Part shown: in pieces, positions 1 through 12,705 of the stretch | Layout: each line of letters starts with the position of its first letter | Position numbering within the stretch: position 1 is the first letter of the stretch | Assembly: GCF_006345805.1 (NCBI RefSeq) | Contig: NC_043006.1 | Location: 101,618,001-101,682,000, forward strand | Length of the DNA stretch: 64,000 nucleotides | DNA from: Octopus sinensis | Lineage: Eukaryota | Direction: 5' to 3' | Notes under the pieces: generated by a model | Databases searched by the model: none | Told to the model about the DNA's origin: nothing | The model's input: the letters and a program-made list of their open reading frames with translations, nothing else | Program-made: the position numbers and the translations under genes

Positions 1-733
1 ATGGATAAGTAGACGGAATTTATTGACGTAATATGTAGGAGTGTGGGACAAGAAATGTCTTAGATTGAATCTTCAGCATCAACATGATACTAGCAATATG
101 TTGCTATGCATTCATGTTTTCAGTTTGAATGCACTGTAATTACTTCTGTGTGTTTGAGATGAACAATTAATTCTTAATTACTCAGTCCACCTAATTGTCC
201 CTCATTTGCTCATTCATTTAATGCGGCTAGGCACTCTTCCTGTCAGCAACATTTACTTGCTTTTTTAAGGGATTTTTTTTTTTTGATCCAGTGCTTTGGA
301 GTTACAGGATGACTGTCAACAAGGAATGTCAACATCATATCACCATTTTGCTCAAATGGTGGCAAGCATTGAATATCAACATTCACACGCACACACATAC
401 ATCATTGGTTTTCTAGTTTCCATCTTCCAAATTCTTTTATAAAGTAATGGTTAACCTGGTGTTGTAGTAGAAAACATCCAAAATGTTGTGCATTAGAATT
501 GAACCTGAAACTAGGTGACTGTTGAATGAACTTCTTAATCACACATCCTTCACATGCCTCTATATAGGGAAACAGATATTAAATTTGGGACATGTTCCCA
601 ACCCTGTGCAAAAAGCCTGTGTGAGGGGTGATTTATCATTTGTGAAACTGAAACGAAAGCCCGATTCTTACAGGCCCTTAATATTTTAAAACATCTATAC
701 ATGTTCCACCTGTTCATATTTGTATTGAACCTT

Positions 734-1130
734 GGCTGTGAGGTAAGAAGTTTGCTTCCCAACCACATGGTTCCAGGTTCAGTCCTGTGGTGTGACACCT
801 TGGACAAGTGTCTTCTTCTTTTCTCCTCAGACCAACCAAAGCCTTGTGAGCGGATTTGGTAAATGGAAACTGAAAGAAGCCTGTCATATATACATATCTA
901 TGTGTGTGTCTTTGTGTCTGTGTTTGTTCTGCACCACTGCTTCACAACCAGTGTTAGTGTGTTTACATCCCTGTAACTTGGCAGTTTGACAATAGAGACT
1001 GGTAGTATAGGCACCAGGCTTTAAAAAATAAACCCAGATGTTGACTCATGCGGTTAAAAATTCTTCAAGGCAGTGCCCCAACATGGCTGTAGTCTAATGA
1101 CTGAAACAAATAAAAGATAAAAAAATAAAA
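734..1130 (+). mobile_element. Family A SINE, older subfamily
   Basis: GGCTGTGAGGTAAGAAGTTTGC...CCTTGGACAAGTGTCTT...CATGGCTGTAGTCTAATGACTGAAACAAATAAAAG. Confidence 0.85.
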
Positions 1131-1808
1131 ATGATAGATAGGATTCAGCCAACAGTGGCTCAGTTTATGTCTAAATTAATAACTCTATGTAGCTATCCAT
1201 ATTTATGTGTATCTATTTATATCTTCCTATATTTATGCGCTTGCAGTTGTCCCTCAGCAGTGAGTTTCTACAGACTTTTATTGATTTCTGAATGTCTTGT
1301 TATTATAACTGATATCCATTTGATTTTTTATGTCCTGAAACTCAAGTGGCATAATAAACCTTAGTTGATTGAAGTTATCCATGGATGTTCTGTGTTGCGT
1401 TGATGCTGAAACAAAGTCAGAGTGTTTCCCTATTAAAAGTGGAAACCAGGACAATGTTACAACTTCACCTCAACTTATGACTGAGTTCTCTTCTGACTGA
1501 CAGGTCGTGAGTTGATCTGTTCATATGTTCGGATTTATATTTTCCAACACTATTTTCATTCAAATGCAACTGATGCTTGAAAGTGACTGATTGAGAGAAA
1601 GACTGGCGGGTAGTGGATGCCTAGATCTGAAGGCGATCCGCCTTGCCAGCTGCTGCCATAGTTATCCCACACGCAACTGCCCAACATCTGAAAATCAATT
1701 TTTTTATTTATTCCTTTATTTCTTTATATTTTGTGGTCGTAAGTGTGGATGGTTGTAAGTTGAGGAGAAGGTGTATTTTAAAGAACCTGGTGTTTTACAT
1801 TCAATACA

Positions 1809-2204
1809 TCCTTATATATAAAAGTGAAGTTGTGTGTCTGTCTCCTACGATTTAGATTCCTAACTACTCCCACATTTTGCGGTGCAGTGTAACCAAAAGC
1901 GGGTATCTTATAGTCGTGATTCATATCGAGCCCTTCTGGGTATTAGCGTACGTCTACGATGAGTCTACGATTAAAAAAAAAAATTTTCCATCATTTTCCC
2001 CCGTTTTTAATGCATTTTTTTGCTATTATATAAGGGAAGTAACTCTTTAAAAGTGTATTATTAAATCTCAGAATGTAAAAAGCTACAGTAACACCCCCCT
2101 TTGAGGTTAGCCATATTGAGATGGCTATTATACTTTACACCTCTAAAAATGCTTATATAGTTATTTCCCTTACAAACCCGAGCAACGCCGGGTGATACTG
2201 CTAG
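1809..2204 (+). mobile_element. Non-autonomous Helitron (about 396 bp)
   Basis: 5' TC start (A|TCCTTATATATAAAAG), subterminal hairpin CCCG-AGCAACGC-CGGG, 3' CTAG end, inserted between A and T with no TSD. Confidence 0.85.
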
Positions 2205-2576
2205 TTGTAGATAAATCTAAAGAAATAATATGACTAATACAGTTTAGCAGAGCAGCATTGAGCTTCTTAAATGAAGTAGAAGACTGCAACTGACTACTCT
2301 TAGGTATTCCAGTTTAACATGTTGCCTCCATATTAGATCTCAAAAGATAAACATGACTGAAAGACAGTGATGACTTGAGATCTTAGTTTTACTTCCACTT
2401 GAGCTTCTAACCAAAGCTGACAGTCCCATCTGCTGGAAGTAGATGTGCTGCAGAATGCCTTGCCTCATGTGTCTTGTAGTAAAAATGTCAACAGACATAA
2501 CTCTACTAAAATTTAAACCATTTGAGGTAATTAGTACCCATCTAACTAATGAAGTTAATATAATTGGTTAATATAG

Positions 2577-3083
2577 AAAAACACCATCCGAGCGTAGCCG
2601 TTCGCCAGCCTCGTCTGGCACCTGTGTCGGTGGCACATAAAAAACACCATCTGAGCGTGGCCGTTCGCCAGCCTCGTCTGGCACCTGTGTCGGTGGCACA
2701 TAAAAAACACCATCTGAGCGTGACCGTTCGCCAGCCTCGTCTGGCACCTGTGTTGGTGGCACATAAAAAACACCCTCCGAGTGTGGCCGTTCGCCAGCCT
2801 CGTCTGGCACCTGTGTCGGTGGCACATAAAAAACACCATCCGAGTGTGGCCGTTCGCCAGCCTCGTCTGGCACCTGTGTCGGTGGCACATAAAAAACACC
2901 ATCCGAGTGTGGCCGTTCGCCAGCCTCGTCTGGCACTTGTGTCGGTGGCACATAAAAAACACCATCTGAGCGTGACCGTTCGCCAGCCTCGTCTGGCACT
3001 GTGTCGGTGGCACATAAAAAACACCATCTGAGCGTGGCCGTTCGCCAGCCTCGTCTGGCACCTGTGTCGGTGGCACATAAAAA
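2577..3083 (+). repeat. Tandem array, 8 x 63 bp, inside an RTE-tailed retroposon
   Basis: Unit AAAAAACACCATCCGAGTGTGGCCGTTCGCCAGCCTCGTCTGGCACCTGTGTCGGTGGCACAT; 21-aa periodicity in the ORF track; unit 7 has a 1-bp deletion. Confidence 0.97.
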
Positions 3084-3247
3084 GCACCCACTACACTCAC
3101 GGAGTGGTTGGTGTTAGGAAGGGCATCCAGCTGTAGAAACACTGCCAGATCTGACTAGCCTGGTGCAGCCTTCGGGCTTCCCAGACCCCAGTTGAACCGT
3201 CCAACCCATGCTAGCATGGAAAGCGGATGTTAAACGACGATGATGAT
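3084..3247 (+). mobile_element. RTE-tailed retroposon 3' end (young)
   Basis: GGAGTGGTTGGTGTTAGGAAGGGCATCCAGCTGTAGAAAC...CCATGCTAGCATGGAAAGCGGATGTTAAACGACGATGATGAT. Confidence 0.9.
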
Positions 3248-3529
3248 AATCCACGAAGGCATTACTGTAGCATGACCACATCTAAACAAATAACTCATAC
3301 GTGTGCATGTGTGTATATACATGCACAAAAGTTTCTTTTAGTGTTAAAGTTGGTTACTTTTCAATTAATTCTAGTTTTATACCGAAGATGTGTTCATCTT
3401 CTGGCATATAATGAACCAGCCTTTACTTTTATACCATTTTATAAATGGTTCTTCAGCACAAACCTGAAAAAGCAAGTGACTTCAATAATAATATATATGT
3501 ATTTTCTCTATAACATATATTCTTTTCTA

Positions 3530-3690
3530 TTCTAGGCACAAGGCCCGAAGTTTTGTGGGAGGGTGGGGGCAGTTGATTAGATCAACCCTAGTACGCAACT
3601 GGTACTTAATTTATCGGACCCCGAAAGGATGAAAGGCAAATTTGACCATGGTGGAATTTGAACTCAGAACATAAAGACAGAAAAAATACC
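3530..3690 (-). mobile_element. Family C SINE (GCCTTTCATCCTTTCGGGGTC central block)
   Basis: Reverse complement reads GAGTTCAAATTCCACC...GCCTTTCATCCTTTCGGGGTCCGATAAATTAAGTACCAG. Related copies at about 11665-11770(+), 22870-22990(-), 31365-31530(+), 40000-40230(+) and 40600-40720(-). Confidence 0.8.
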
Positions 3691-4240
3691 TCTATTACAT
3701 ACATTGAGTATTCTTTATTTCATTTCATATCATTGATATAAGAGCAGAAACATCATCCCACATAAATTGCAGCTGTAACATCCCATTTAGTTAATCAGAA
3801 TAGGAAAAAACAATTATCAAAATTTAAGATAAAAAATGCGCAATAACAAATGAAACTGAGCAAATCATTGAAGTAATCAGGAGCAGCCTTAGAATTATGG
3901 AATACATGGTTGTTTCAGCCCTTCTTTATGTCTCATAATTTAGCAGATGTAAGGTGCTTGTTGGATGCTATTCTTTTCACTAAGCAACAATGAAATACAG
4001 ATTACAAATATTTTCAGACAGTTTGTTGGAAGTTAAGTAAGTAAATGCTTTTCTTCTCTTTCCCTTTATGTGTCATGCAGGCAGGCAGGCAGGCATTGGG
4101 GGTCATTGTCCACCATTGCAGGGTCAGAAGATTTATTCATCTTCTAGGATAAAAACAAAACAAAACAAAAAAAAACGAGTTTCCTTTTCCAGTCTGTTGG
4201 TTTATTTGTGGTTTAATCTGCTGTCTTATATTCTATTAAG

Positions 4241-4625
4241 GAGGCACAATGGCCCAGTGGTTAGGGCAGCAGACTCGCGGTCGTAGGATCGCGGTTTCGA
4301 TTCCCAGACTGGGCGTTATGAGTGTTTATTGAGCGAAAACACCTAAAAGCTCCACGAGGCTCCGGCAGGGGATGATAGTGATCCCTGCTGTACTCTTTCA
4401 CCACAACTTTCTCTCACTCTTACTTCCTGTTTCTGTTGTACCTGTATTTCAAAGGGCCAGCCTTGTCACTCTCTGTGTCATGCTGAATATCCCCGAGAAC
4501 TACGTTAAGGGTGCACGTGTCTGTGGAGTGCTCAGCCACTTACACGTTAATTTCATGAGCAAGCTGTTCCGTTGATCGGATCAACCGGAACCCTCGTCGT
4601 CATAACCGACGGAGTGCTTCCATCC
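4241..4625 (+). mobile_element. tRNA(Arg-like)-headed SINE, head H1 + tail T1, with 11-bp TSD
   Basis: A box TGGCCCAGTGG, B-box-like GTTTCGATTCC, anticodon-equivalent TCG; ATTCTATTAAG duplicated at 4230-4240 and 4626-4636. Confidence 0.93.
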
Positions 4626-7060
4626 ATTCTATTAAGTCTCTTGAGGCACAGCCTATTTAACCCTTTCGCAGAGGGGCTAGTTTTGCATTATGAGAATCAT
4701 GATTAAGGGACAACTCCATACTTCCTAAAATTCCTGGACTCCCAAGCTGGAGCATCACAATCAAACCCCATTTAATGTGCTGTATCCTTAATAGACATAG
4801 AACAATAGCAACTGATAAAATAGTGGATGATAATGTATGAATGATTTGATGACATAGTTTTTGATCCAATCTGAAACTGTTTCACTCAAATCAATAATGT
4901 CTTACCAAAAGTGGGAAAAACTTTTCAGGTTCATGTTCTAATAGGAAATCACTTTATTTAGGTTTATTTATTATTTCAACTTGTCTTTTAATACAGAATA
5001 TTACTTCTGGGTTTTATTTTTTATTGCATTTTTTCTTCCCTTCTATGTTGTGATATCGTGATATGTATTGCAGCAAATCATTTAATTAGTCTACACATGC
5101 TTATAAATCTTCTACAAAAGTATTTCCAGTTCATTTCATTCAGCAGACTTTTACTATGAATATGTTCCATCTATATCTATGAACTTCAAATTTGGTTGTG
5201 TTGTTTGAGATGTTTTAGTTTATAGATGCCAGTGGGGTTGATTTTTCTATTCTCTTTATTTATTTGAATTAGAGGAATGTGAACAGTATACAGAAGTGTG
5301 TTGGATTGAAACATAGAAATAAATCCAGGAAAGTGAAGTGGATCTTCATTGATTTCATCGTCATTAATTAGCTTCAGCCAGAACCGTTAGTTTTGCTGTC
5401 AATGAACACATAAATAATTGTGAGTGTTATGAATATTTGTAAAATGTAGTAAAGAGATCATTCAGTCAGCCTAATGTGAGTTTCAAATACAGTTTTTAAC
5501 TTTTTTTTTTTTTTGTATATACTGTTACTGTCATGAGATTTGCTTGTATATAACATGCTTTATAGTTTGTTATTTAGTGACTTTTATTTTATAGCTGATA
5601 GAATCAGCCATAGTCAGTTAACTATTTTTCATTTAAAAAAATTTTTTAAATTATATAGTTTTAATTTTCCCATTGCATCTGCCAAGTTCATTCTCCTTCT
5701 GATTCATCGTAGCTTTGTAAACACAGATTAAAAAGCGAAGATAAATACCACATGTTTATCTTTGTCATGTCTCTGGAAAGCATTCCAATAGTGACCATTC
5801 CATCTTTTTTGAAAGCACACCAACTGCTACAATCCAGCTTGTAAGCGATTATGCTTTCTGAATATGACGATCTCATCGCTTTTTTAAAAGCTAAAATCTC
5901 ATTTATATAACACTCTCTCATCTTTCCATCTTTCTTTTTTCACTCCTTTTAAAGGACACATTAGGTAATGTAGTCTGGGGTATACTACACCTGAAGAATA
6001 AAAGACCCAGTGACCATGGGGGCACTCAACCCTCACTGTCCTACCTATATTTTTCAGGCAGTTATGTTATGCTATAGCATAACACCCACTCACATGCACA
6101 CCTTAAAACTTAATAATCTTGTCATTGTTCTTGTCATTGTTCTTGTCAATATCTTGTTTTGAAGTATTTATGATTAAAGCAAACATGTGGCATTATTCAC
6201 TTATGCTTTTCTATTGTGTTTATTTCAAGTACCATAGACAAACATGTAGAAAATTTTTAATTTTGTATTTGTATGCGTAAAACATATTTAGTCATGTCAA
6301 AAGGCCAATAAAAAATGTTAACCTATATATGGTCATGTGAAAAGAATAAATGGAAAAATGACATTCTAACTGTCTTCTGTGAGGAATAATACTGCAAAAA
6401 GCAGCAGACATTTTATTATGTCTGACTTAGTTATGTATTTGAATGTAGTTATGTATCTGAATTCAAATCAAATTGCTGGAATATATACCAGAAAAATACT
6501 TGGATCAAGATTGTAATACATATCTCCAGAGATATGTCTCTGCAGATTTGTAAGCAAATGATAAAGTCATAGATCAGAACTACTGATGGTCATCAACAAT
6601 GGGTAGAGTGGATGTCCTGTAGGTGGTGTTGGTATAAGCAGTGAACAAATGCTTGATGTAAACGGTGTAGCAGAAGGATGATTTTTGTTATCTACATATG
6701 AATGTATGAAGATAATTAGAATTGACAAAAGCTAATTAAAGAAATGGACGTACTAATGATAGGATATATCATATTATTTAGATTTTTAAGAGATAATGGA
6801 ATTTTTATGCAAATCTGAAACTGAGAGGGTGTTGTGGCTAGTACCAAATATGCTACAGCACGTATTTGAGGAGACTGTACATACAAGTTATTTGTTCTGA
6901 CCTTATCTTATATGATAATTAGTCACTTGTGGGCCTAATTTCATACTCTTCTAAAAACATATAGATATGATTCTGTATATTTATATATTTTATCATATGA
7001 TAATTTGGCCAGAAAATTTGCACACTATCTTTTCTTAATGACATTGCTGATATCGCTTAC

Positions 7061-7113
7061 CTTGGCTGCATGGTGCTGTTTTGAACTATTTCTGTGTCAA
7101 TGGATTTTGGCTC
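7061..7113 (-). CDS. Candidate internal exon (53 nt), e.g. (E)PKSIDTENSSKQHHAAK
   Basis: Acceptor GGATTTTCCAG|, donor AAG|GTAAGC; two open frames; product unrecognised. Confidence 0.45.
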
Positions 7114-8287
7114 TGGAAAATCCAATTTTATTATTATTTCAAGAAACTGTTACTTTTAAGTATTTCTGTTTCTGCAGAAAATAGTTTTAATCTCCATATT
7201 TATATGCATAGTTCATATTTAAATATGTGGAATAGCTGATAAAAAAGATAAATAAAAAAGTTGGTAGTCTTTGTATGGTCATATGAAAAGTTCTGATGAT
7301 AAAAATAACATTCCAAGTGTCTTTTACATGGGTTAATACTTAAAAAGTACCAAATAAATTATTATACGTGGCCTATACAGTGAAAACCACAGGGTAGTAA
7401 CTAATAAGAACAAAAAAGTTTACTATCTTTGGAATAAAGTATATAAAGCAAGAAATATAACTACCTGACTTTCATACTTTGGGATTGGGGAAAAGTAAAA
7501 ACAAAATACCCCATTGTCTTACATTTAAATATGAGTGGAGGTGGTAATGGAGGGGGGGCATAACTTTTGTTGGTGGTCTAAGATCAGTGAAGTCATGATT
7601 GAGGTTGAGTATATAGTTCATAGGAAAAATACGAGCAGGGCTGGGGAAAGTTCTGGAGAGCTTGCAACTCTATGATGATGTATTAGGTGAAATTTTTATC
7701 TCGTAGTTTGTGAGTAGAGATGGAGAGAAAAGGAGTGATAAATAGGTTTAGTGATCCACAGTTTGCAAACTCAGTGACACAGGAATTACTGTTGTTCTAG
7801 AGGCTGTTGTATTTCAATGTGTGTGAAGATGTACAACCAATCAGTGGAGTAGCTATTTTGGGATATGATCTATAATGTACAGATAGGGAGTTGAACATCT
7901 AATTCTGAAACCTAATCTTGAGGTCATTGAGGGTATGTTAATTTGGATGGTCTCTTAAAGAATTTGATGAAATTCTGGAGTATAATTAGAATGGCAGAGA
8001 GATGGTTTGAACTGGAAATAATGTTGTATGTATGTATATACATACACAGTATGCAACTATATGTATAAATTTGTTTGTATAACTGTATGATCTGCATAAT
8101 TAAATACTAAAATTGGTCGAGGATTTATATATATATATATATATATAATATATATATATATATATTATAAGAGGTAGAAATTATAACTAAGTAAATCAGC
8201 CACCATCTATGACTTGTATGCATAAATGATTCTGCTTTCATAATCTTGGTTGTTCGTGAACTTAGAACCAAGATGCAAAGACTGAAT

Positions 8288-8700
8288 TCATCATCATCAT
8301 CATCATCATCAACTAGTCTGTTTTCCATGCTGGCATGGTTTAGATGGTTTGGCTGGAACTGGTAAGCCAGAGAGCTGTACCAGTGTCTAGTCTAGTCTGG
8401 CTTGGCTTGGTTTGGTTTGGATGCTCATCCTAGCACCAACCACTCCAAGAATATAGTGAGTTCCCATTACATGTCATGGGTACAGTTACCTTTTATGTGT
8501 CACCAGCACTGGTGCTATTTACATATCACTGGCATGGGTGCCTTTTGCATGTCACCAGTATGACTGCCTTTTGCGTGTCACCAGCACAGGTGCTTTATAT
8601 TTGTCACCAGCATGGGTACCTTTTACGTGTCACCGGCACAGTTGTCTTTTTACGTGTCGCCAGCACGGGTGCCTTTTATGTCATTGGCACAGGTGCCTTT
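8288..8700 (-). mobile_element. RTE-tailed retroposon with 8 x 26-bp internal subrepeats
   Basis: (CAT)n tail at 8290; CACCAGCAC-like motif at 8501, 8527, 8553, 8579, 8605, 8631, 8658 and 8682. Confidence 0.85.
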
Positions 8701-8715
8701 TAATGTTAATAATAT

Positions 8716-9640
8716 TTGAGTATTTGGTCTGACATTGTATTTCATAGAATACAAAATGAAATCCTTTATGTGTATGCTCATAGCACCCAGCATGAGATCA
8801 GAAAAATTGTTGAAGACTCCATGCTTATCACTGTTATATGTGATTGCTCTGGCATGGAACAAGAATCAGTTATTGTCATTATATTTCTGAAAACCAGGAT
8901 GTCCATGAAGATTTTCTCGGCTTTTATAACTCTCCTGACCACACTTCACAGACAATGACTAAAGTTATTCTGGATGTTTTTGTTTCCTAAACATTTTTCT
9001 GGACTAAAAATTATGCTGCTTTTGTCTTTGATGGTGCATGTACTATGAGCAGAAACATTTCAGGTATACAAAAGAGATTAAAAGACATGTTTCCTGGTAT
9101 ATTTTGTATATTGCACAAAACCACTCTCTGAACCTTATCCTCCAAGAAATTGGATCTACAGTTTCCATGGTCACTGATGCATTGAACTTTGTTCATTTAT
9201 GGACCAGCCTTTGTGATGAAAAAGTCATCATGTTGCAAGCCTGTATCTGTTGCATCCATACCACAATGACGCAACACCATGTGACATACTGTACTCTAAT
9301 GCATGTACATAAAAACTTGTGTAATGAAAACACTTTGGACCTCCTCTTGGAAAACTTCCTTGCTGAAATGAGTTAGAATGGAAACATTTTTGGAATGATT
9401 TGATATATTACTTTTCCATATATTATAACAAATATTATCATTGGACCTGAGTTTGCCTCCCCAAAGCAAATTTTGTTCCCAGGCCGCTGTTGGTATATCA
9501 AACCTCTGGAATCTTTGCACAAATGTCTTTCCTGCAGGTGATGACTTGCAATATTTTAAATGGAGCAATTACAGGATCAAGCCCCTTGGTCTCTACAGGC
9601 CTACAAATGTAGTGGGCACTGTCCCTCTCTGTGAATAAAA
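8716..9640 (+). pseudogene. hAT-superfamily transposase fossil (ZMYM1/DUF4371-like)
   Basis: Frameshifted segments IQNEILYVYAH...CSGMEQESV, DVHEDFLGFYN, FDGACTMSRNISGIQKRLK and AQNHSLNLILQE match hAT motifs (IQNE, first-D region, YDGA..MSG, C..H.LNL). Confidence 0.8.
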
Positions 9641-11016
9641 GAGTAAAAACGAAGAACAAACTATTCTTATATCCAGACCAATAAAAAAAAGGTGTGGGGA
9701 AGAAATAACACGTCTCACCCTAGTAGTCTGATGACATTTACTTAGTTTCACCTGATTTAAATTTAATCTTTCTGCTATTGTAGTTTTACACTTGGAGATT
9801 TTATTTCAACGCTGTAAACCACCAAAACTGTCATCAATCTCCAACTTGTTTGACACTGCTCTTAAATTTCATGTCAACCTGGAGAACACAACAGGAAACT
9901 AGCGATCGCTATCTCTTACCAGAAACTACTACATTTGTGGGGTTGTGGGGGTTTTTGTTGTTGTTGCTTTGTTTTTCATTTTTAACTTAATAGCATGTGT
10001 GCACGCACGCACACACTCATGCAATATAATTATTTTTTGATTTGTCTTTTTAAATTTCCTGTACACTTCAATATCCTTATAGATCTGAATAAACCACAAA
10101 ATCATAAGAAAAGGGAAAGACTTCCCCCACATACACACACACACACACAAAAAAAAAGAAAAGCAACGAAAAGAACAACTTCCCTGCTATCATCCTACTC
10201 CTATATTCATCTCTAAATTGAATAAATTTCATGACTGATAAAATATTTCTCAGCTCTGAACATAGTTCTTTTGTAATGTAAATGTTATCTTTGTCATGTA
10301 AATTACACAATGTTGGACCATTTATTCTCAGACTATTCACTTTTATTAAAAGGTTCACACACTCATATGCACAATCACGCATGTATGCATGCATACACAC
10401 ATTCATGCACACCCACAAATATAATCGTTAATTTCTTTAAAATTGGTTTTAACCAGATGTCGGCAGAGATAGTTGATGTTGTGTAGCCCCTGGTTAAGCT
10501 TCATCAAGTAGACTTATGATCAATGATACTCCAGATGTGGCCATCCTGTCTTTTGCCTATGTACAGAGAACCCATGACAACATTATATGTTGTTTTCTAA
10601 GATGGTGAATGTGTGATGTGAGAAATATTTTGGTTGCTATTTCTAGAGGACCAAACAACAATGAGAGGCTTCCTTATTTGTTGCAGTGGAGAGAGAGATA
10701 GTGAAATGTGATGGTGATGATAATTATTAGTTGATCAAGTGGTTGGGTAATGGTTTATGGAATTGTGTTTTCTCTTTCTTTCTCTTTTGTCCGAATGTAT
10801 TCCAAAGTTATGACCATTCCGTCTTTTTGTATATTAAGGACAACAGTATACAAAGTAAACTTCTTTATCTAGATAGAGGGGCATTGATGACATTTGGCTA
10901 CTTCTAACTGATCAGACGAATGGGTAGAGGCTCTTTTCATAATACTGGCAGTAGTGTTAGGAATGCCCAACATGTTAGGAGTTATACAATTTAAAGAAAT
11001 TCGCAAACAAACTATG

Positions 11017-11250
11017 AGGGCCGGATTAAGACCCATTGAGGTCCTAAGCACTTAAAAGATTTTGGTGCTCCCACATATATGTAATCCAAAATGTAAACAA
11101 TAATAAGCAGAAAATAATATTTTTTTCCAAAATAAAATGAGACTAACAATAAGATGGAAAATAATGTTTATTTTTGTATATTTCCACTTTATTTATATTT
11201 GAAAAGTTTTCTACTTTATTTTTTTAATTGCAAAGTCTTTGATCAGATCC
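11017..11250 (+). mobile_element. Probable hAT-type MITE end
   Basis: Abrupt GC-rich AGGGCCGGATTAAGACC...GAGGTCCTAAGCAC resembles hAT MITE termini. No matching right end was seen. Confidence 0.4.
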
Positions 11251-11764
11251 TGAAAATTAATCTTACGTAACATATCTGCTTCTACCCTTAGTATAAATAA
11301 GGCAAACTGAATATTATTTTAGCAAGTTTAAAGGGAATTTTTTTGCACTGTAAACCACTTACCATTTCTGAGGTATCCAAAAACATGCACTTATTTTGCT
11401 TAATGTTTAATCCAGTGTTGCAAACAATTCACGTAAAAAAAAATATGTCCCTCGTATTTTATTATCCAAATGGAATGTATCATGTTAGCACATGCTTAGT
11501 ATTATCTGCACATTGTGTATTAGTAGTCATTAGTGCACCAGATAGGATGTTTTGTAGTATTTGTGGTATTCCCAGATAAAATCCTACTGAAGTGAAACTT
11601 GCTTATCATTTTTCTTTTGGTGGTTGGGTTGATTAAAAATAAAATACTGTTCCATCATGGGTTGCAGATTAATAGAATTGTTAGCATGATGGATGAGGTA
11701 TAGTGTGGTACTTTCAGATTACTAAGCTCTGAGTTCAAATTTCTCTCAAGTCAATTTTGCCTTT

Positions 11765-12120
11765 CACCATGTGAAAAACTCCTGGGCCAGTGCCATGTAA
11801 GGAGCAACTATGTTAGTACCACATAAAAAGCACCTGTACCAATGCCACATGTGAAAAACTTATGTCAGTGCCACATATAAAGCACCCATGCCAATACCAT
11901 GTACAAAGCACCCATACTGGTGTCACACATAAAGCACTCATAATGGTGCCAGTACATTCTGTAAAGAGGTTGGCCTTAGGAAGGGCATACAGTCAAAGAA
12001 ACTATGCTTAAACAGACGAATGGAACCTGAGCAGCTTTCCAGCCAGCTCCTTTCAGACCACCCAGCCTATTGCAGTATGTGGAAAATGGACATTAAATGA
12101 TGATGATTTAATGATAAATG
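11765..12120 (+). mobile_element. Old RTE-tailed retroposon with about 7 x 26-bp subrepeats
   Basis: Repeated GTGCCACAT.AAAGCACC-like motif, then AGGAAGGGCAT...GGAAAATGGACATTAAATGATGATG. Confidence 0.75.
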
Positions 12121-12384
12121 AATAGCAGTCCAGGGTAGAGGATTAGCCAGATTATTACAGCACCAGATGAAATATTGTGTGGTATCCATTGCAGCTCTTT
12201 CATTTCTGAATTAAAATTTCATCCAAGGATTCTCATTCCACTGGTAGCCATGTCATTGCCCCTTACACTCTGAGAGAAAGTCTTAAGGCAGAATGTGACA
12301 GACTGCAGTACCTGCATCTCTCTGCAGTTAGACACCCCCACTGTTATTTCAGCACTACTGTGCCAAGGATACAGAGGTTTTGAA

Positions 12385-12520
12385 GATCAAGCACTATAGT
12401 GATCAACTTATGACTTACGTTGGCCCAGAATTGTAGTGGAACTTGCTCAAGGTGCCATACAATTGCACTGAACCCACAACCATGTGACTGGGAAGCAAAC
12501 CTTTTCACACAGCCATATTT
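12385..12520 (-). mobile_element. Family A SINE head fragment
   Basis: ACTTGCTCAAGGTGCCA...CTGAACCCACAACCATGTGACTGGGAAGCAAAC. Confidence 0.65.
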
Positions 12521-12677
12521 GAGCCTTGAAGAATGTTCAGTGCATGAACATATGTTGGTTCTGTTAACTACACTTTTCACAGAATATAATTGTTGGTTTA
12601 TAATGTTCACACTGTACTAGTTGCGAAATTATGCATTTTCAGTATTTTATATTGATGTAACTTAGTTTATGTCTCAC

Positions 12678-12705
12678 CTTTTAAAAGTTTCCTGGTCAGG
12701 ATTTG
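12678..12705 (-). CDS. Candidate micro-exon (28 nt), QILTRKLLK or NPDQETFK
   Basis: Acceptor GATTTACAG|, donor AAG|GTGAGA; the QILTRKLLK frame is phase-compatible with 7061-7113. Confidence 0.35.

Noticed and set aside
2577-3083. CRISPR-like regular array
   Set aside because: Units are contiguous with no unique spacers; eukaryotic context.
2542-3142. Several overlapping ORFs of 140-195 aa
   Set aside because: Artefact of a stop-free 63-bp (3 x 21) tandem unit inside a retroposon; open on both strands.
5688-5921. Open frames on both strands (plus 5713-5840 with AG/GT borders; minus 77-aa ORF)
   Set aside because: Neither peptide was recognised and the strands conflict; cannot be resolved without transcript data.
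6325-7350. Weak similarity between about 6325-6420 and 7270-7350
   Set aside because: About 70% identity in AT-rich DNA over less than 100 bp; could be chance or an unrecognised old repeat.
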